From assembly GCA_963726195.1 (NCBI GenBank), contig CAVSBO010000018.1, positions 55,894-119,893 on the forward strand: 64,000 nt of DNA, read 5' to 3'. The notes below the pieces were generated by a model that was not told the DNA's origin, did no database searches, and worked only from the letters and a program-made list of their open reading frames with translations. This DNA is from Candidatus Thorarchaeota archaeon. GTDB lineage: Archaea; Asgardarchaeota; Thorarchaeia; Thorarchaeales; Thorarchaeaceae. This document shows positions 30,755 through 40,589 of the stretch, one piece after another. The position numbers and the translations under genes are program-made. Every line of letters starts with the position of its first letter. The stretch's first letter is position 1.

Positions 30755-31718
30755 TTCATCAAGCTCACTCAAAGTGTGCATAAACGTGCATGACGGTCGA
30801 ACCTAGTTCGATTTACCTTGCCGGTCATGTGCGATATCGGGATGACTCTAGTCGATCCTGCTAGAGGGCACTGCTATCGACTTGGGGCTAAGACATGCAA
30901 GTGGAACGAACTCGCATCCGAGTTCGTCGCGAACGGCTCAGTAGTGTCGTTAACTTACCCTGTGGAGGTGGATAACGCCGGGAAACTGGCGGTAATACAC
31001 CGTAGGAGCGTCGTTCTGGAAATGATGTTGCTCTGAAATGGCGGTCCTAGGCATGTGGGATCGTCCGCCGCAGGACGGGACGGCACCGGATCATACTTGT
31101 AAGTGGGGTAATGGCCCACTTAGGTTTTGACCCGAACGGGCGATGTAAGTCGTGGCCCGGAGAGGGGCACTGAGACAAGGGCCCCAGCCCCACGGGGTGC
31201 AGCAGTTACGAAACCTCAACAATGCGCGAAAGCGCGATTGGGCCAAGTCGAGTGATGGGGGATAACTCCATCTGTAGTGGATCCTTAGTACGGACCACCA
31301 GAAAGGAGAGGGCAAGGCTGGTGCCAGCCGCCGCGGTAAAACCAGCTCTTCGAGCGGTGCCCACAATTATTGAGCTTAAAGCGTCCGTAGCCTGTTTGGT
31401 AGGTCCCTGCTCAAATCCGGCCGCTCAACGGTCGGACTGGTAGGGATACCGCCTTGCTGGGGGACGGGAAACGGCGACGGTATTCCACAGGTAAGGGTGA
31501 AATCTTATGATCTGTGGAGGACCACCAGTGGCGAAGGCGGTCGCCGAGAACGTGCCCGACGGTGAGGGACGAAACCCAGGGGAGCAAAGCGGATTAGATA
31601 CCCGCGTAGTCCTGGGCGTAAACGATGCCCGTTAAGTGTTGCATTGGCCACGAGCCACTGCGGTGCTGAAGCGAAAGCGATAAACGGGCCGCTTGGGAAG
31701 TACGGTCGCAAGGCTGAA

Positions 31719-31788
<70 letters not shown>

Positions 31789-32350
31789 GCTTGCGGTTTA
31801 ATTGGACTCAACGCCGGAAAACTTACCCGGCCAGACAGCCGAATGAGAGCCAGACTGACGATCTTGCTCGACGAGCTGAGAGCTGGTGCATGGCCATCGC
31901 AAATTCGTGCCGTGAGGTATCAGCTTAAGTGCTGCAACGAATGAGATCCCTGCCACGTAGTTGCCAGCCGGGGGTACAAACCCCGTCGGGGCACACTACG
32001 GGGACCGCCAGCGATAAGCTGGAGGAAGGTGGGGGCCACGGTAGGTCAGTATGCCGCGATATGGCCGGGGCCACACGCGTGCTACAATGGCAGCGACAAT
32101 GCGTCACAACACCGAGAGGTGAAGTCAATCGCCAAACGCTGCCGTAGTTGGAATTGTGGGTTGGAACTCATCCACATGAACCTGGAATCCCTAGTATCCG
32201 CGTCTCACTACGGCGCGGAGAATATGTCCCCGCTTCTTGCACACACCGCCCGTCGCTCCATGCGAGCGGCCTTGGGGTGAGGCGGCGTCCATAGGATGCT
32301 AACGAATCTTGAGGTCGCAAGTAGGGAGAAGTCGTAACAAGGTATCCGTA

Positions 32351-32546
32351 GCGGAAGCTGCGGATGGAAGAAGATGAGATTTCCTCACCTTCCATCAATC
32401 ACCTCCTATGCTTTCTACCATAGAGGTAGAAGCGGCTTGTTTCTGCTCTTCGGAGCAGAGGGGTACTGGCGGGTGGATAGCGTACAAGGGGACTTGCCCT
32501 AACTGGCACTGTTGAGCACCCTATTTCTTTCGCACAGGTTTGTCAT
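32351..32546 (+). repeat. Repeat copy 1: 16S 3' end plus trailer
   Basis: 196 bp, ~10 mismatches to 34885-35080. Confidence 0.95.
32369..32398 (+). other. 30-nt BHB-like hairpin intron in 16S (after E. coli A1531)
   Basis: GATG-GA^A-GAAGATGAG-ATTTC-CTCACCTTC-CATC-AA^T; removal restores GCGGATGGATCACCTCCT. Confidence 0.85.
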
Positions 32547-32601
32547 GTCCAGTGCAGGAGCTGCTTGATTCTTCGGGGTGCTGTTAGCATAAAGCCGCTG
32601 G

Positions 32602-33066
32602 TTATCCTTCTGTTGCGATTCGCCTGCTCAATGCTCGGGCTCTTGCCAGTTCTTCCGTTGGTGAGTCGTCGTTACAACTGTCCATGTAGTGTTGGTAGGC
32701 ATCGATGCTTTCCTTGATGTAGTCCCCTGCCTCGGCGAGGTCTTTCTTGCGCTTGGTAATCCTTGCGAGTTCGTACGGGGTCCTAGCCAGGTCGAGTTCC
32801 AAGATTGGGTCTTGCTTGATTAAGTCCCTAATCAATGTCAGCTTCTTTTCGAGGTCAGTACGAGTTGTCCCGAGCTTCATTATGTCTTCAAGCTGAATTT
32901 CATGCAGAATTCGTGCCAGACTTGCAAGAAGCTGGGGGTAGTTCTCGACCCTTTTCTTGGTTGCATGCTCTTCGAAATAGTCTTTGGCGAAGTTGGAAAT
33001 AGCGATCTTTGCTTCTCTCGTGGCGCTCCTCATTGTCCAAGAGTGTGTGGGGTCGACTTGATTCAA
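32602..33066 (-). CDS. Hypothetical helical (TPR-like) protein, cassette A; possibly a fragment
   Basis: 154-aa ORF with an amphipathic helical pattern. Confidence 0.55.
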   Translation of the reverse strand: MNQVDPTHSWTMRSATREAKIAISNFAKDYFEEHATKKRVENYPQLLASLARILHEIQLEDIMKLGTTRTDLEKKLTLIRDLIKQDPILELDLARTPYELARITKRKKDLAEAGDYIKESIDAYQHYMDSCNDDSPTEELARARALSRRIATEG

Positions 33067-33086
33067 AACCGCGTATCGCAGACGTT

Positions 33087-33728
33087 TCAGAGTCTTCTTC
33101 TGAGGTACGCGACCGATAATACTAGGACAACAGCCCCGGCTAGCACTCCACCTGCCAAGAGGTTCACTGGCATACCTTCTGAAGTTGAGGTGGGAGTCGA
33201 GGATTGTGTACGATACAGTGCACAGTAGGAGTAATTGACAGTATCAGATATGCTCCATCTGCCAAGGCTGTCCTGTGCATAATACTCCACGTTCCACACT
33301 TTCAGCCTGTGATCTGGGTCTAAGACAAACGTGGTAGCATTCGCATAATACGAGTATACTTCGGTATACTTGGAATTGTTGACGGCCCAGGTGCCCATGT
33401 AGGTCATGGTAACGTTCGTCCAAGTGGGGTCAGCATTGTCCTTGTAGCTGCCTATGGTCAAGTTCATCCCATTTGAATCCCCTATCCACACGGAAAGTTC
33501 GAGGACGAAACTCCAGGGAAGGGGTCTCGTATCTGCAGTCGTATCAACTATCAATCCAGAAAGGTCGACGAAGATAGGGCCCTCAGAGTTTGAACAGGCA
33601 AATGCTTTCGCATTTGTTGCAATAGGGGGCGCAACGAATAGGAGGGAGACGAGGACTGGTAGAACAAACATCGCGCACCTGATTCCACTAGCATAGATTC
33701 GCATGTTTACCACCGTTGCACTACCCAC
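33087..33728 (-). CDS. Secreted protein with C-terminal TM anchor, cassette A
   Basis: Signal peptide, YYAQDSLG.W, S/T-rich linker, TM followed by RRR. Confidence 0.8.
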   Translation of the reverse strand: MGSATVVNMRIYASGIRCAMFVLPVLVSLLFVAPPIATNAKAFACSNSEGPIFVDLSGLIVDTTADTRPLPWSFVLELSVWIGDSNGMNLTIGSYKDNADPTWTNVTMTYMGTWAVNNSKYTEVYSYYANATTFVLDPDHRLKVWNVEYYAQDSLGRWSISDTVNYSYCALYRTQSSTPTSTSEGMPVNLLAGGVLAGAVVLVLSVAYLRRRL

Positions 33729-33909
33729 GCAAGATGAGTAGTCCAGCTGCTTGCCGCATAGTGCGGCGTAGCCCAGTCTCTCTGATCAATTGTAAAGTAC
33801 ATATCAGTCTTGTAGCCACTATGTATGTTCGTGCGCTTTGATATACATTTGTCGATTTGCGAAGGCTTGGCGCGTCTCTTGTATGAAGCATGTGCAGTTA
33901 AGATTGGTA

Positions 33910-33966
33910 GTACTGGCGGGTGGATAGCGTACAATGGGACTTGCCTAACTGGCACTGTTGAGCACC
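33910..33966 (+). repeat. Repeat copy 2 of the 16S trailer (57 bp)
   Basis: GTACTGGCGGGTGGATAGCGTACAA...AACTGGCACTGTTGAGCACC, nearly identical to 32463-32520. Confidence 0.95.
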
Positions 33967-34060
33967 TGTTCGTTTTCCTAGGAACCAAACTTGCTCCTGT
34001 GCATGTTGGGAGCGCTTCTTTCGCATGGTTAGTGCCTGAGTCTCTCTATGCTATGCACGC

Positions 34061-34478
34061 TTACATCGCAGTCGGGTCGAGCCGAGTCAACCCCTTTATT
34101 CTGTCATAGACCTGATCCGTGGAGGCAATGGTATGGTCTGGATTGTCTTCGCTGAGTGAAACTGCTGCGTAGATTGCATCAAAGATGGATGGCAATTGGT
34201 AGTTCTCCAGAAGAAACAATGCGGCTGAGCTGATGGTCAATCGTTGTCGGAACAACTGATAGATTGGGGAACGCCACGATGTGACTCATGACGTCTCGAA
34301 CTGAGGCCACGCCAGTGATGTTCCTCAAGACGTAGTACAGCTCAATCGAGAAGGCACTAGGGATTACGACATTGCCTAACTCTCCATTTCTTATCTTTGA
34401 GAACAAGCGAATTGCATGGGGCTTGAGGTAGTCTTCTTTCTTGTAGAAAGCCAGAATCATATCATTCTCAATCAACAC
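34061..34478 (-). CDS. vapC: VapC/PIN toxin; apparent frameshift at ~34227
   Basis: LIENDMILA, SIE, SIFDAIYAA, STD..YD acidic PIN residues across two frames. Confidence 0.85.
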
Positions 34479-34710
34479 TCCGACTCTTCCTCCGCCATCT
34501 CTTGGACACATCCTTGGTAGCCTCAGTTTCTCCCTGTTGGAGAAGCTCAGCAATGGAACCCTGAACATCCAATTCAGGCTTCTCAGAGGGCACCGGAAAG
34601 AGAATATGGTAGGCTCCGAGACTGAGGAGAAGGAATGTATCTCCCTCTAGTGCAGCTTTCTTTGGGATTCTGATGCGTCTCTGACCATCCATTCGAACTC
34701 TTGCTATCAT
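34468..34710 (-). CDS. vapB: AbrB/MazE-type antitoxin
   Basis: RMDGQRRIRIPK swapped-hairpin motif; overlaps the PIN start; TGATATAA direct repeat upstream. Confidence 0.8.
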   Translation of the reverse strand: MIARVRMDGQRRIRIPKKAALEGDTFLLLSLGAYHILFPVPSEKPELDVQGSIAELLQQGETEATKDVSKRWRRKSRSVD

Positions 34711-34884
34711 AAAGAACATCTCGAATAGTGATATAACTGACATGATATAAGGATGTGGATGAAATACGCAGTTTGTGGACGAAATGCCGCTTTTTCACCA
34801 ATCTATCGTCGTGCCAGAAATCAACGCTGCCAGAACATGAAATGTGGTACGGTCTAGGCCGCGCGAAGGGCCACTCCTTTTGCT

Positions 34885-35080
34885 GCGGAAGCTGCGGATG
34901 GAAGAAGATTAGATTTCCTCGTCCTCCATCAATCACCTCCTGTGTTTTCTACCATAGAGGTAGAAGCGGCTTGTTTCTGCTCTTCGGAGCAGAGGGGTAC
35001 TGGCGGGTGGATAGCGTACAAGGGGACTTGCCCTAACTGGCACTGTTGAGCACCCTCTTTCTTATTCACAGGTTTGTCAT
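34885..35080 (+). repeat. Repeat copy 3: orphan 16S 3' end (degenerate intron, anti-SD) plus trailer
   Basis: ~95% identical to 32351-32546; central ~110 bp identical. Confidence 0.95.
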
Positions 35081-35123
35081 TCTTAGTGTGCAAGCTGTTT
35101 GATGTCTGTAGGCGATGTTGACG

Positions 35124-35408
35124 TTAGGGTACCGGTTGGCTTACTCTCTCGATTGCCTGAAGTACTTCGTCCACCTTCTTCTGAGAGAGAATCGTTCTGA
35201 CCGCATCAAGTTCGAGCCGATTTCTTATTATGACACCTATCTTATTGATTGGATTTCCGCTCTTGTCAATCGGATTGACCTCAATAGCTAGATAGGCTGG
35301 TTCATCCTTTGATTGAGGTATCTTTCTGATGAATATCCCGGGCTCGGTAGTCCTCATGCGTTCGAATCTTCTTCCGTGCTTGAGCATATCTCTCAGTGAT
35401 TCTTCCAT
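35124..35408 (-). CDS. Small conserved-looking archaeal hypothetical protein, cassette C
   Basis: 94-aa ORF (FERMRT.EPGIFIRKIP, LAIEVNP); SD GGTGA. Confidence 0.75.
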   Translation of the reverse strand: MEESLRDMLKHGRRFERMRTTEPGIFIRKIPQSKDEPAYLAIEVNPIDKSGNPINKIGVIIRNRLELDAVRTILSQKKVDEVLQAIERVSQPVP

Positions 35409-35494
35409 TCAAATCACCCGGTCATCCTAGTTGTAAGGTGTGCGCAGAGCTCCGACTCTCTTGTACCATTTGGTATATCGACTCAGGTCTTAGT

Positions 35495-35515
35495 CTTACT
35501 GTCACTGTTGAGCAC
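35495..35515 (+). repeat. Repeat copy 4 of the 16S trailer (21-bp remnant)
   Basis: CTTACTGTCACTGTTGAGCAC versus CTAACTGGCACTGTTGAGCAC (19/21). Confidence 0.75.
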
Positions 35516-35602
35516 TGTCTATGTTCTTGTGCATTGAATCAACATTAGTCCATGTCAGAAGGTCTGCGTAATGCAGCCATGCCTTGAGCTCTGGCGGACT
35601 CT

Positions 35603-37045
35603 CTAGCTCAGCTTCTTGGCTCTCTGCTTGATTATGTCCCTCATCTTGGCCTCAACATCTTTGTCCAGCGGTGGTATCTTATGGGTCTCAAGAATCCTCT
35701 TGACTTTCTCCTTGGCTCGCTGGACTATGTCTTTCGATCCTTTTGCTTCCCAGTCTGGTCTCGAAGTCCTATCAGTAATCCAAGGTTGCCAGTATTCCTC
35801 TCCGACATACTTCCTAGAGAACTCAAGAGCATCATCGTTTGTGAAATGATTGCTATCGTGTCCGACTTTGTCTATGATATCGACCGCTAGAGTCTCTTTC
35901 GTTACTTTGATGCCCTCTGCAATTCGTTTGATTGCCCCACAGATTTCATTGCTGATTGCGAACTGCTCATAGGAAGCAGTTATTCCCGTCTCGACGATTC
36001 CATAGACTGCGTCATGCACGACATCGGCACCGGCCAGAGTGGCAACGAGCACATTCAGAGCATTCTCGTATGCGGCTTGGGAATCCGGAACCTTCGAGTC
36101 GCTAATGCCACAGGCCCCGTAGTATGGAATGCCATAGTAATGGGCCATTTGACACATTGCAGCATGAATCAGACCATTCTCTGGTGCCCCATACGCGGCA
36201 GTGCCATGTCTCTGGTCTAGGATTGTGCCGCCTGAGCCCCACATGATAGGGGTTCCAGAACCGACGAGTTCTGTAATCACGACGACCGTATGATTCTCTG
36301 CTATGCCCTGTACGATTGATCCTGCAAGCGTAGCCGGAGCACTTGCGCCAGACAGCAAACCTGTGCTGATGTCAAATGGAATTCTGTATTTCGCGCATTC
36401 AAGGATTATGTCGATAATGTTTGCGGTATACTTGAGTGGGGGAACACTATTGAGACCCGTGTCAATCCAAATCGGATTCCTGACGAATTCCTCTTCTCCG
36501 CCGACGAATATCTTCGCCATTTCAATGATGTCTCTGAATGCCTGTAAGCTTGTTGCAAAGAAGCTGCTGTGCTTCTCAGTGTTCTTGAGCATCGAGAGAG
36601 CCATCGTTTGTTCCTTTATGCCATCGGGTACGTCCTGCGGGATTATGTTCGCCTTTACATAATCGACAGTAGGGAAGTAGTCTGAGAGAAGCGTAAACTC
36701 CTCCAAGTCTTTCAATGTCGAAGGCCTGCGTTCACCGGTCTCCAAGTCATATGTGTACTGTGCTCCGAAGGCGTTCGTGTAATAAGAGCCGCCGTCACCT
36801 ACCACGAAGTTGTGTTTCGGGTTTCGCGCCTTCATGAGATGACGACTCGGGGTCTTCTTGAGGGCTTCGCGAACGAGGAATTCCGGGATTTTGGCCACTT
36901 TCTTCCTTTCATCAATGATTGCTCCGGCTTCCCCAAGAATCCGAAGAGCTTCTTCGTGTTGAATCAGTATGCCAGTTCTTTCAAGAACCTCCATCGCAGC
37001 CAAGTGTATTGCATGAATGTCGTCACGACTCATCAGTTCAAACAT
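35603..37045 (-). CDS. mttB: MttB-superfamily methyltransferase (non-pyrrolysine)
   Basis: APATLAG, YGAPE, GISDSKVPDSQAAYE, TLAVDII.KVG; no in-frame TAG. Confidence 0.9.
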   Translation of the reverse strand: MFELMSRDDIHAIHLAAMEVLERTGILIQHEEALRILGEAGAIIDERKKVAKIPEFLVREALKKTPSRHLMKARNPKHNFVVGDGGSYYTNAFGAQYTYDLETGERRPSTLKDLEEFTLLSDYFPTVDYVKANIIPQDVPDGIKEQTMALSMLKNTEKHSSFFATSLQAFRDIIEMAKIFVGGEEEFVRNPIWIDTGLNSVPPLKYTANIIDIILECAKYRIPFDISTGLLSGASAPATLAGSIVQGIAENHTVVVITELVGSGTPIMWGSGGTILDQRHGTAAYGAPENGLIHAAMCQMAHYYGIPYYGACGISDSKVPDSQAAYENALNVLVATLAGADVVHDAVYGIVETGITASYEQFAISNEICGAIKRIAEGIKVTKETLAVDIIDKVGHDSNHFTNDDALEFSRKYVGEEYWQPWITDRTSRPDWEAKGSKDIVQRAKEKVKRILETHKIPPLDKDVEAKMRDIIKQRAKKLS

Positions 37046-37110
37046 AGATTCTCCTCCTGTTCTTTCGTCACCCTTCTCTTGCGCCCGCAGTTTGGCAAAA
37101 CAGACCGGAA

Positions 37111-37761
37111 TCACTTCTTCTCCACAAGTCGCTTGGCAAGACTTGCCGCTGTTACGGCGTCACCCGCCCATCCATCAGCTCCGATGTCTCTCGCCCACTT
37201 TTCAGTAGTAGGAGCTCCTCCGATTATCACTTTGACCTTGTCCCGGAGTCCAGCTACTCTGAGTTCATCAATAATCTTCTTCTGCACTGGCATGGATGAT
37301 GTTATCAGCGATGACATCCCAACGATGTCGGGTTTCTGTTCCTTCACGTTCTTCACGAACACCTCAACTGGGACGTCTTCGCCTAAGTTTATGACCTCGA
37401 AGCCATTGGCTTCAAGCATTGTTGCTACAATGTCCTTGCCTATGCTATGGATGTCTCCTTGGACTGTGCCTATGATGACTTTCCCAACAGTCTTCATTTT
37501 CCCCTTTGTCGCTTTGAGTTCCCCCAGAAGCACGGCCATACCAGCTTTCATGGCCTTGCCCGACGCCATTAGTTCCACGAGGAATACCTCCCCTTCCCCG
37601 AACTTGTCACCGACTTCTCTGACACCCTTTGCCAGTCCGTTTGTGATTGCTTCAAGAGGTGGAATCTTTGCTTCCAGCGCCTTCCTTGCGGCTTTTTCTG
37701 CCTCATCCTTCTTTCCTCGGATGACTGCCTGTCTTAGTTCTTCAAGAATCGCGGATGACAT
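37111..37761 (-). CDS. Cognate corrinoid protein
   Basis: GTVQGDIHSIGK B12 motif, IGGAP, IGADG. Confidence 0.95.
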   Translation of the reverse strand: MSSAILEELRQAVIRGKKDEAEKAARKALEAKIPPLEAITNGLAKGVREVGDKFGEGEVFLVELMASGKAMKAGMAVLLGELKATKGKMKTVGKVIIGTVQGDIHSIGKDIVATMLEANGFEVINLGEDVPVEVFVKNVKEQKPDIVGMSSLITSSMPVQKKIIDELRVAGLRDKVKVIIGGAPTTEKWARDIGADGWAGDAVTAASLAKRLVEKK

Positions 37762-37809
37762 TCTGCTTTCTGCCTCAATCTTTGAATGGTTTTCAGGTTT
37801 CAATGTTGG

Positions 37810-38352
37810 CTACGTTTTTGACTCGATTGCTGAGACGATATCTCCATAGAGTAGATGAATGAAACCCTTGTCGAATTCGTACTCTTCATTCAGCATAGCA
37901 TCTAGTTCTGCTTTGGTGAAATACTTCATGACGGGCTTAAAGAAGCCCTTGTCTTCTTTCGCTATGTGTTTGGGATAGAACCCCACGAGATCAGTCATCA
38001 ATGCCATGATATCCTTCATTGCTTGATTTTCACCCGAGAGGTATCTGGTCTTGGCTTCAACGAGGCTCCTTGTTGTCTTTCTCCCCCGGATGTGCTCCTC
38101 AATCAGCTCTTCCATGATGCGCCTGTGATCTTCTTCAAGCCGCTTCTTCTTCAGTTCGCGAAAAAGTATCTGTTCTTCCTTACCGTGATGACAGCGGTCG
38201 GCATAGCTTCTGAAGAAGTCAACTGCCACATCAATGAATCCAGGATCTACTTTGCCCGTCTCTTGCATTCTCTTGACTTCTCTGTCCATGACTGCAATCA
38301 TTCTTTCTATGAGCCTGTGCTCCACCATTAGAGGACCAATAGGAAGTACCAT
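37810..38352 (-). CDS. Hemerythrin-domain protein
   Basis: EHRLI, HHGKEE..LF, EEH, HIAKED. Confidence 0.9.
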   Translation of the reverse strand: MVLPIGPLMVEHRLIERMIAVMDREVKRMQETGKVDPGFIDVAVDFFRSYADRCHHGKEEQILFRELKKKRLEEDHRRIMEELIEEHIRGRKTTRSLVEAKTRYLSGENQAMKDIMALMTDLVGFYPKHIAKEDKGFFKPVMKYFTKAELDAMLNEEYEFDKGFIHLLYGDIVSAIESKT

Positions 38353-38536
38353 CTCATCATCTCTCCCTGTCTGTCTAGTCTGGTCAAGTTATTTTCAACT
38401 TTACGTCTGTCTGCTCTTAAAACGTGTCGAATTCAGATAGCTTCATCAGAAGCAACTCTTTCTCGTGGCTGCGTCCAAATCAGTACTTGGATTCGCTGCA
38501 GGCCCGTTCAGTACGGGCTTCTGGAGATGCCAAGCA

Positions 38537-39472
38537 ATGGATCAGGTCGATGTGAAAGAGAAGGCAACGCTTGTGGAGGTGAAGGGCGCCTCAGCTCGGC
38601 GGACCCGCGTGCTACGTGTTGAGAGCGATTGCTTGTTGTCCAACACCTACATTATTGAATCTCCCAGTGCCCTTCAGATTCTTCTACAACCTTGGATTGT
38701 CGGAGCGAGGCTCGCTGGCCTTGCGCGAATCAGCAGTATTGACTTCCTTCGTATTGCCTATCATCTATGCCCCGAATTGCATGATTCTCTGCTTGGAAAC
38801 ATAACTGAAGTTGTTCCACTTGCAGGGTCCCTATACTACGGTATTGCAGAAGCGTTCGAAGCAGTCTTTGGTGAAGCTGTCAGTCGTTCGTTTATTGGTG
38901 CGAAACGCCAATTGTCCCCGAGCGGCTGGATAACGGAGCTTGCGTACGAGAACTTCGAGGCCTTGGCACCCAATCCCGTTATTATCATCGGAGATACAAT
39001 AGCAACCGGAGGTACAATCGAGCGCATCGTGGAGACTACACTCACTCAGGCTTCGCGTGTAAGAGCAATTATCATATACGCGATAGCCGGGGGCTTGACC
39101 GGAGCAATCCGCATAAAGCAGCTTGCCAATCGAATTGGCATTCCAATCTGGCTCTTCTGCTCCAATGCGATATTTGGAGTCGAGGATAATGGAACCGACA
39201 TGCCTTGGTTACATCCGGGAACGATTGCATCTCCGAGAAACAGAAAGCAAGCAGTTATTGCTTACGGCCCTGACCTCGGACGCCGCTGGTGTTCCGTCTG
39301 GGATTGGGGCGAAAGAGCTAAGAATCCATCAAAGCATCTCGAGAGGCTTTTGGAAAGGTGTGATGTGGAGCTCTCGTCAAACGTCACCGGTCAAACCAGG
39401 ACCATAGTCGGTCGCATGCAAACAGAGACAAAAAGCGTCCTTGACAAATGGAATAAACCCCTGACCATGTGA
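38537..39472 (+). CDS. Type I phosphoribosyltransferase-like (UPRT-like) protein
   Basis: PRPP loop IIIGDTIATGGT; DWGER. Confidence 0.7.
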   Translation: MDQVDVKEKATLVEVKGASARRTRVLRVESDCLLSNTYIIESPSALQILLQPWIVGARLAGLARISSIDFLRIAYHLCPELHDSLLGNITEVVPLAGSLYYGIAEAFEAVFGEAVSRSFIGAKRQLSPSGWITELAYENFEALAPNPVIIIGDTIATGGTIERIVETTLTQASRVRAIIIYAIAGGLTGAIRIKQLANRIGIPIWLFCSNAIFGVEDNGTDMPWLHPGTIASPRNRKQAVIAYGPDLGRRWCSVWDWGERAKNPSKHLERLLERCDVELSSNVTGQTRTIVGRMQTETKSVLDKWNKPLTM

Positions 39473-39559
39473 CCACCACGCCTGTGATTTGAGGCGCATT
39501 TCTGATATGCCTAGCGGGCTCCTTAAGAGTCTCCGCTTCCCCCGCATACTGGATGCCTG

Positions 39560-40588
39560 ATGACACTCACAAACGAGCAGAAGGAAAGATACTCGCGTAC
39601 GCTGGCCCTGAAAGATTTCGGGGAGCAGGAGATGGAGAAGGTCGTGCGTGCCACAGTCTCCGTCGTTGGTGCCGGCGGACTCGGTAGCCCTGCTCTGCGG
39701 CTTCTGACCGCGTTGGGGGTCGGTAAGATAAGAATCATTGATCGCGATATTGTGGAGTTGTCCAACCTTCAGAGGCAGACGGCCTACAACACGAGCGACA
39801 TCGGGAAACCCAAGGCGGAGGCCGCCGCGGCCAATCTGGGGTCCTTGAATCCTGACGTGAAATTCGAACCCATGTCCATATCCATTGAAATGAACAATGC
39901 GGCTGACCTACTGAAGGGGTCAGACGTTATAGTTGATGGACTCGATACCATTCATTCCAGACAAGCAATCAATTCAGCCAGTGTGGCCCTGAAGATACCC
40001 TACGTGTTTGCAGGTGCGATCGAGTACTATGCCAACCTGACAACGTTCCTACCCGGTCAGACCGGATGCTTACACTGCATGATGGGTGATGCCCAGGACA
40101 ATCCACAGAATACTTGTGCAATAGCAGGTGTCTCACCCACACTCTTGTCTGTGGCCGCCGCGATTGAGGTTCAAGAGGCTTTGCTGGTCGTGATAGGTCG
40201 GCAACCCCAGTTGTCCGGGCGCTTGATGAGCATAGACATGAGCAACCTCAGCTTTGACTTCTTCCAGATAGAAAGAGTCCAAGACTGCCCTGTGTGTTCA
40301 AGTCCGAAAAGGGCTGTCAAGACAAAGACGGATACACCGGTTGTGAACATGCTATGCTCATCAACCTTCAATGTATACCCCCTGACCACTGTTGCTTTCG
40401 ACATCGTCACAGTAGCAGACCGTGCGAAGCGTAAACACAACGTTGTGCAAGAACCCACTTTTATTCGAGTGGACCTTGACAATGATGTACAAATCACACT
40501 CATGAAGAACGGAAACGGTATCGTGAAGGGGGTTAGTACACCAGAGGAAGCGCTCAGAGTCTATGAGGAAATCACAGGAAGAAAATAG
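39560..40588 (+). CDS. ThiF/MoeB/HesA E1-like adenylyltransferase with C-terminal extension
   Basis: RYSR, GAGGLG, SNLQRQ, CLHC/CPVC. Confidence 0.92.
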   Translation: MTLTNEQKERYSRTLALKDFGEQEMEKVVRATVSVVGAGGLGSPALRLLTALGVGKIRIIDRDIVELSNLQRQTAYNTSDIGKPKAEAAAANLGSLNPDVKFEPMSISIEMNNAADLLKGSDVIVDGLDTIHSRQAINSASVALKIPYVFAGAIEYYANLTTFLPGQTGCLHCMMGDAQDNPQNTCAIAGVSPTLLSVAAAIEVQEALLVVIGRQPQLSGRLMSIDMSNLSFDFFQIERVQDCPVCSSPKRAVKTKTDTPVVNMLCSSTFNVYPLTTVAFDIVTVADRAKRKHNVVQEPTFIRVDLDNDVQITLMKNGNGIVKGVSTPEEALRVYEEITGRK

Positions 40589-40589
40589 G

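Noticed and set aside
34885-34941. A second 16S rRNA gene
   Set aside because: Only the last ~57 nt are present; it is a duplication scar.
35603-37045. Pyrrolysine recoding in mttB
   Set aside because: The ORF is continuous, with no in-frame TAG.
39560-40588. E1-like enzyme as part of an Asgard ubiquitin operon or as a RiPP maturase
   Set aside because: No ubiquitin, E2, RING, JAB or precursor gene lies nearby. It looks like an ordinary ThiF/MoeB protein.
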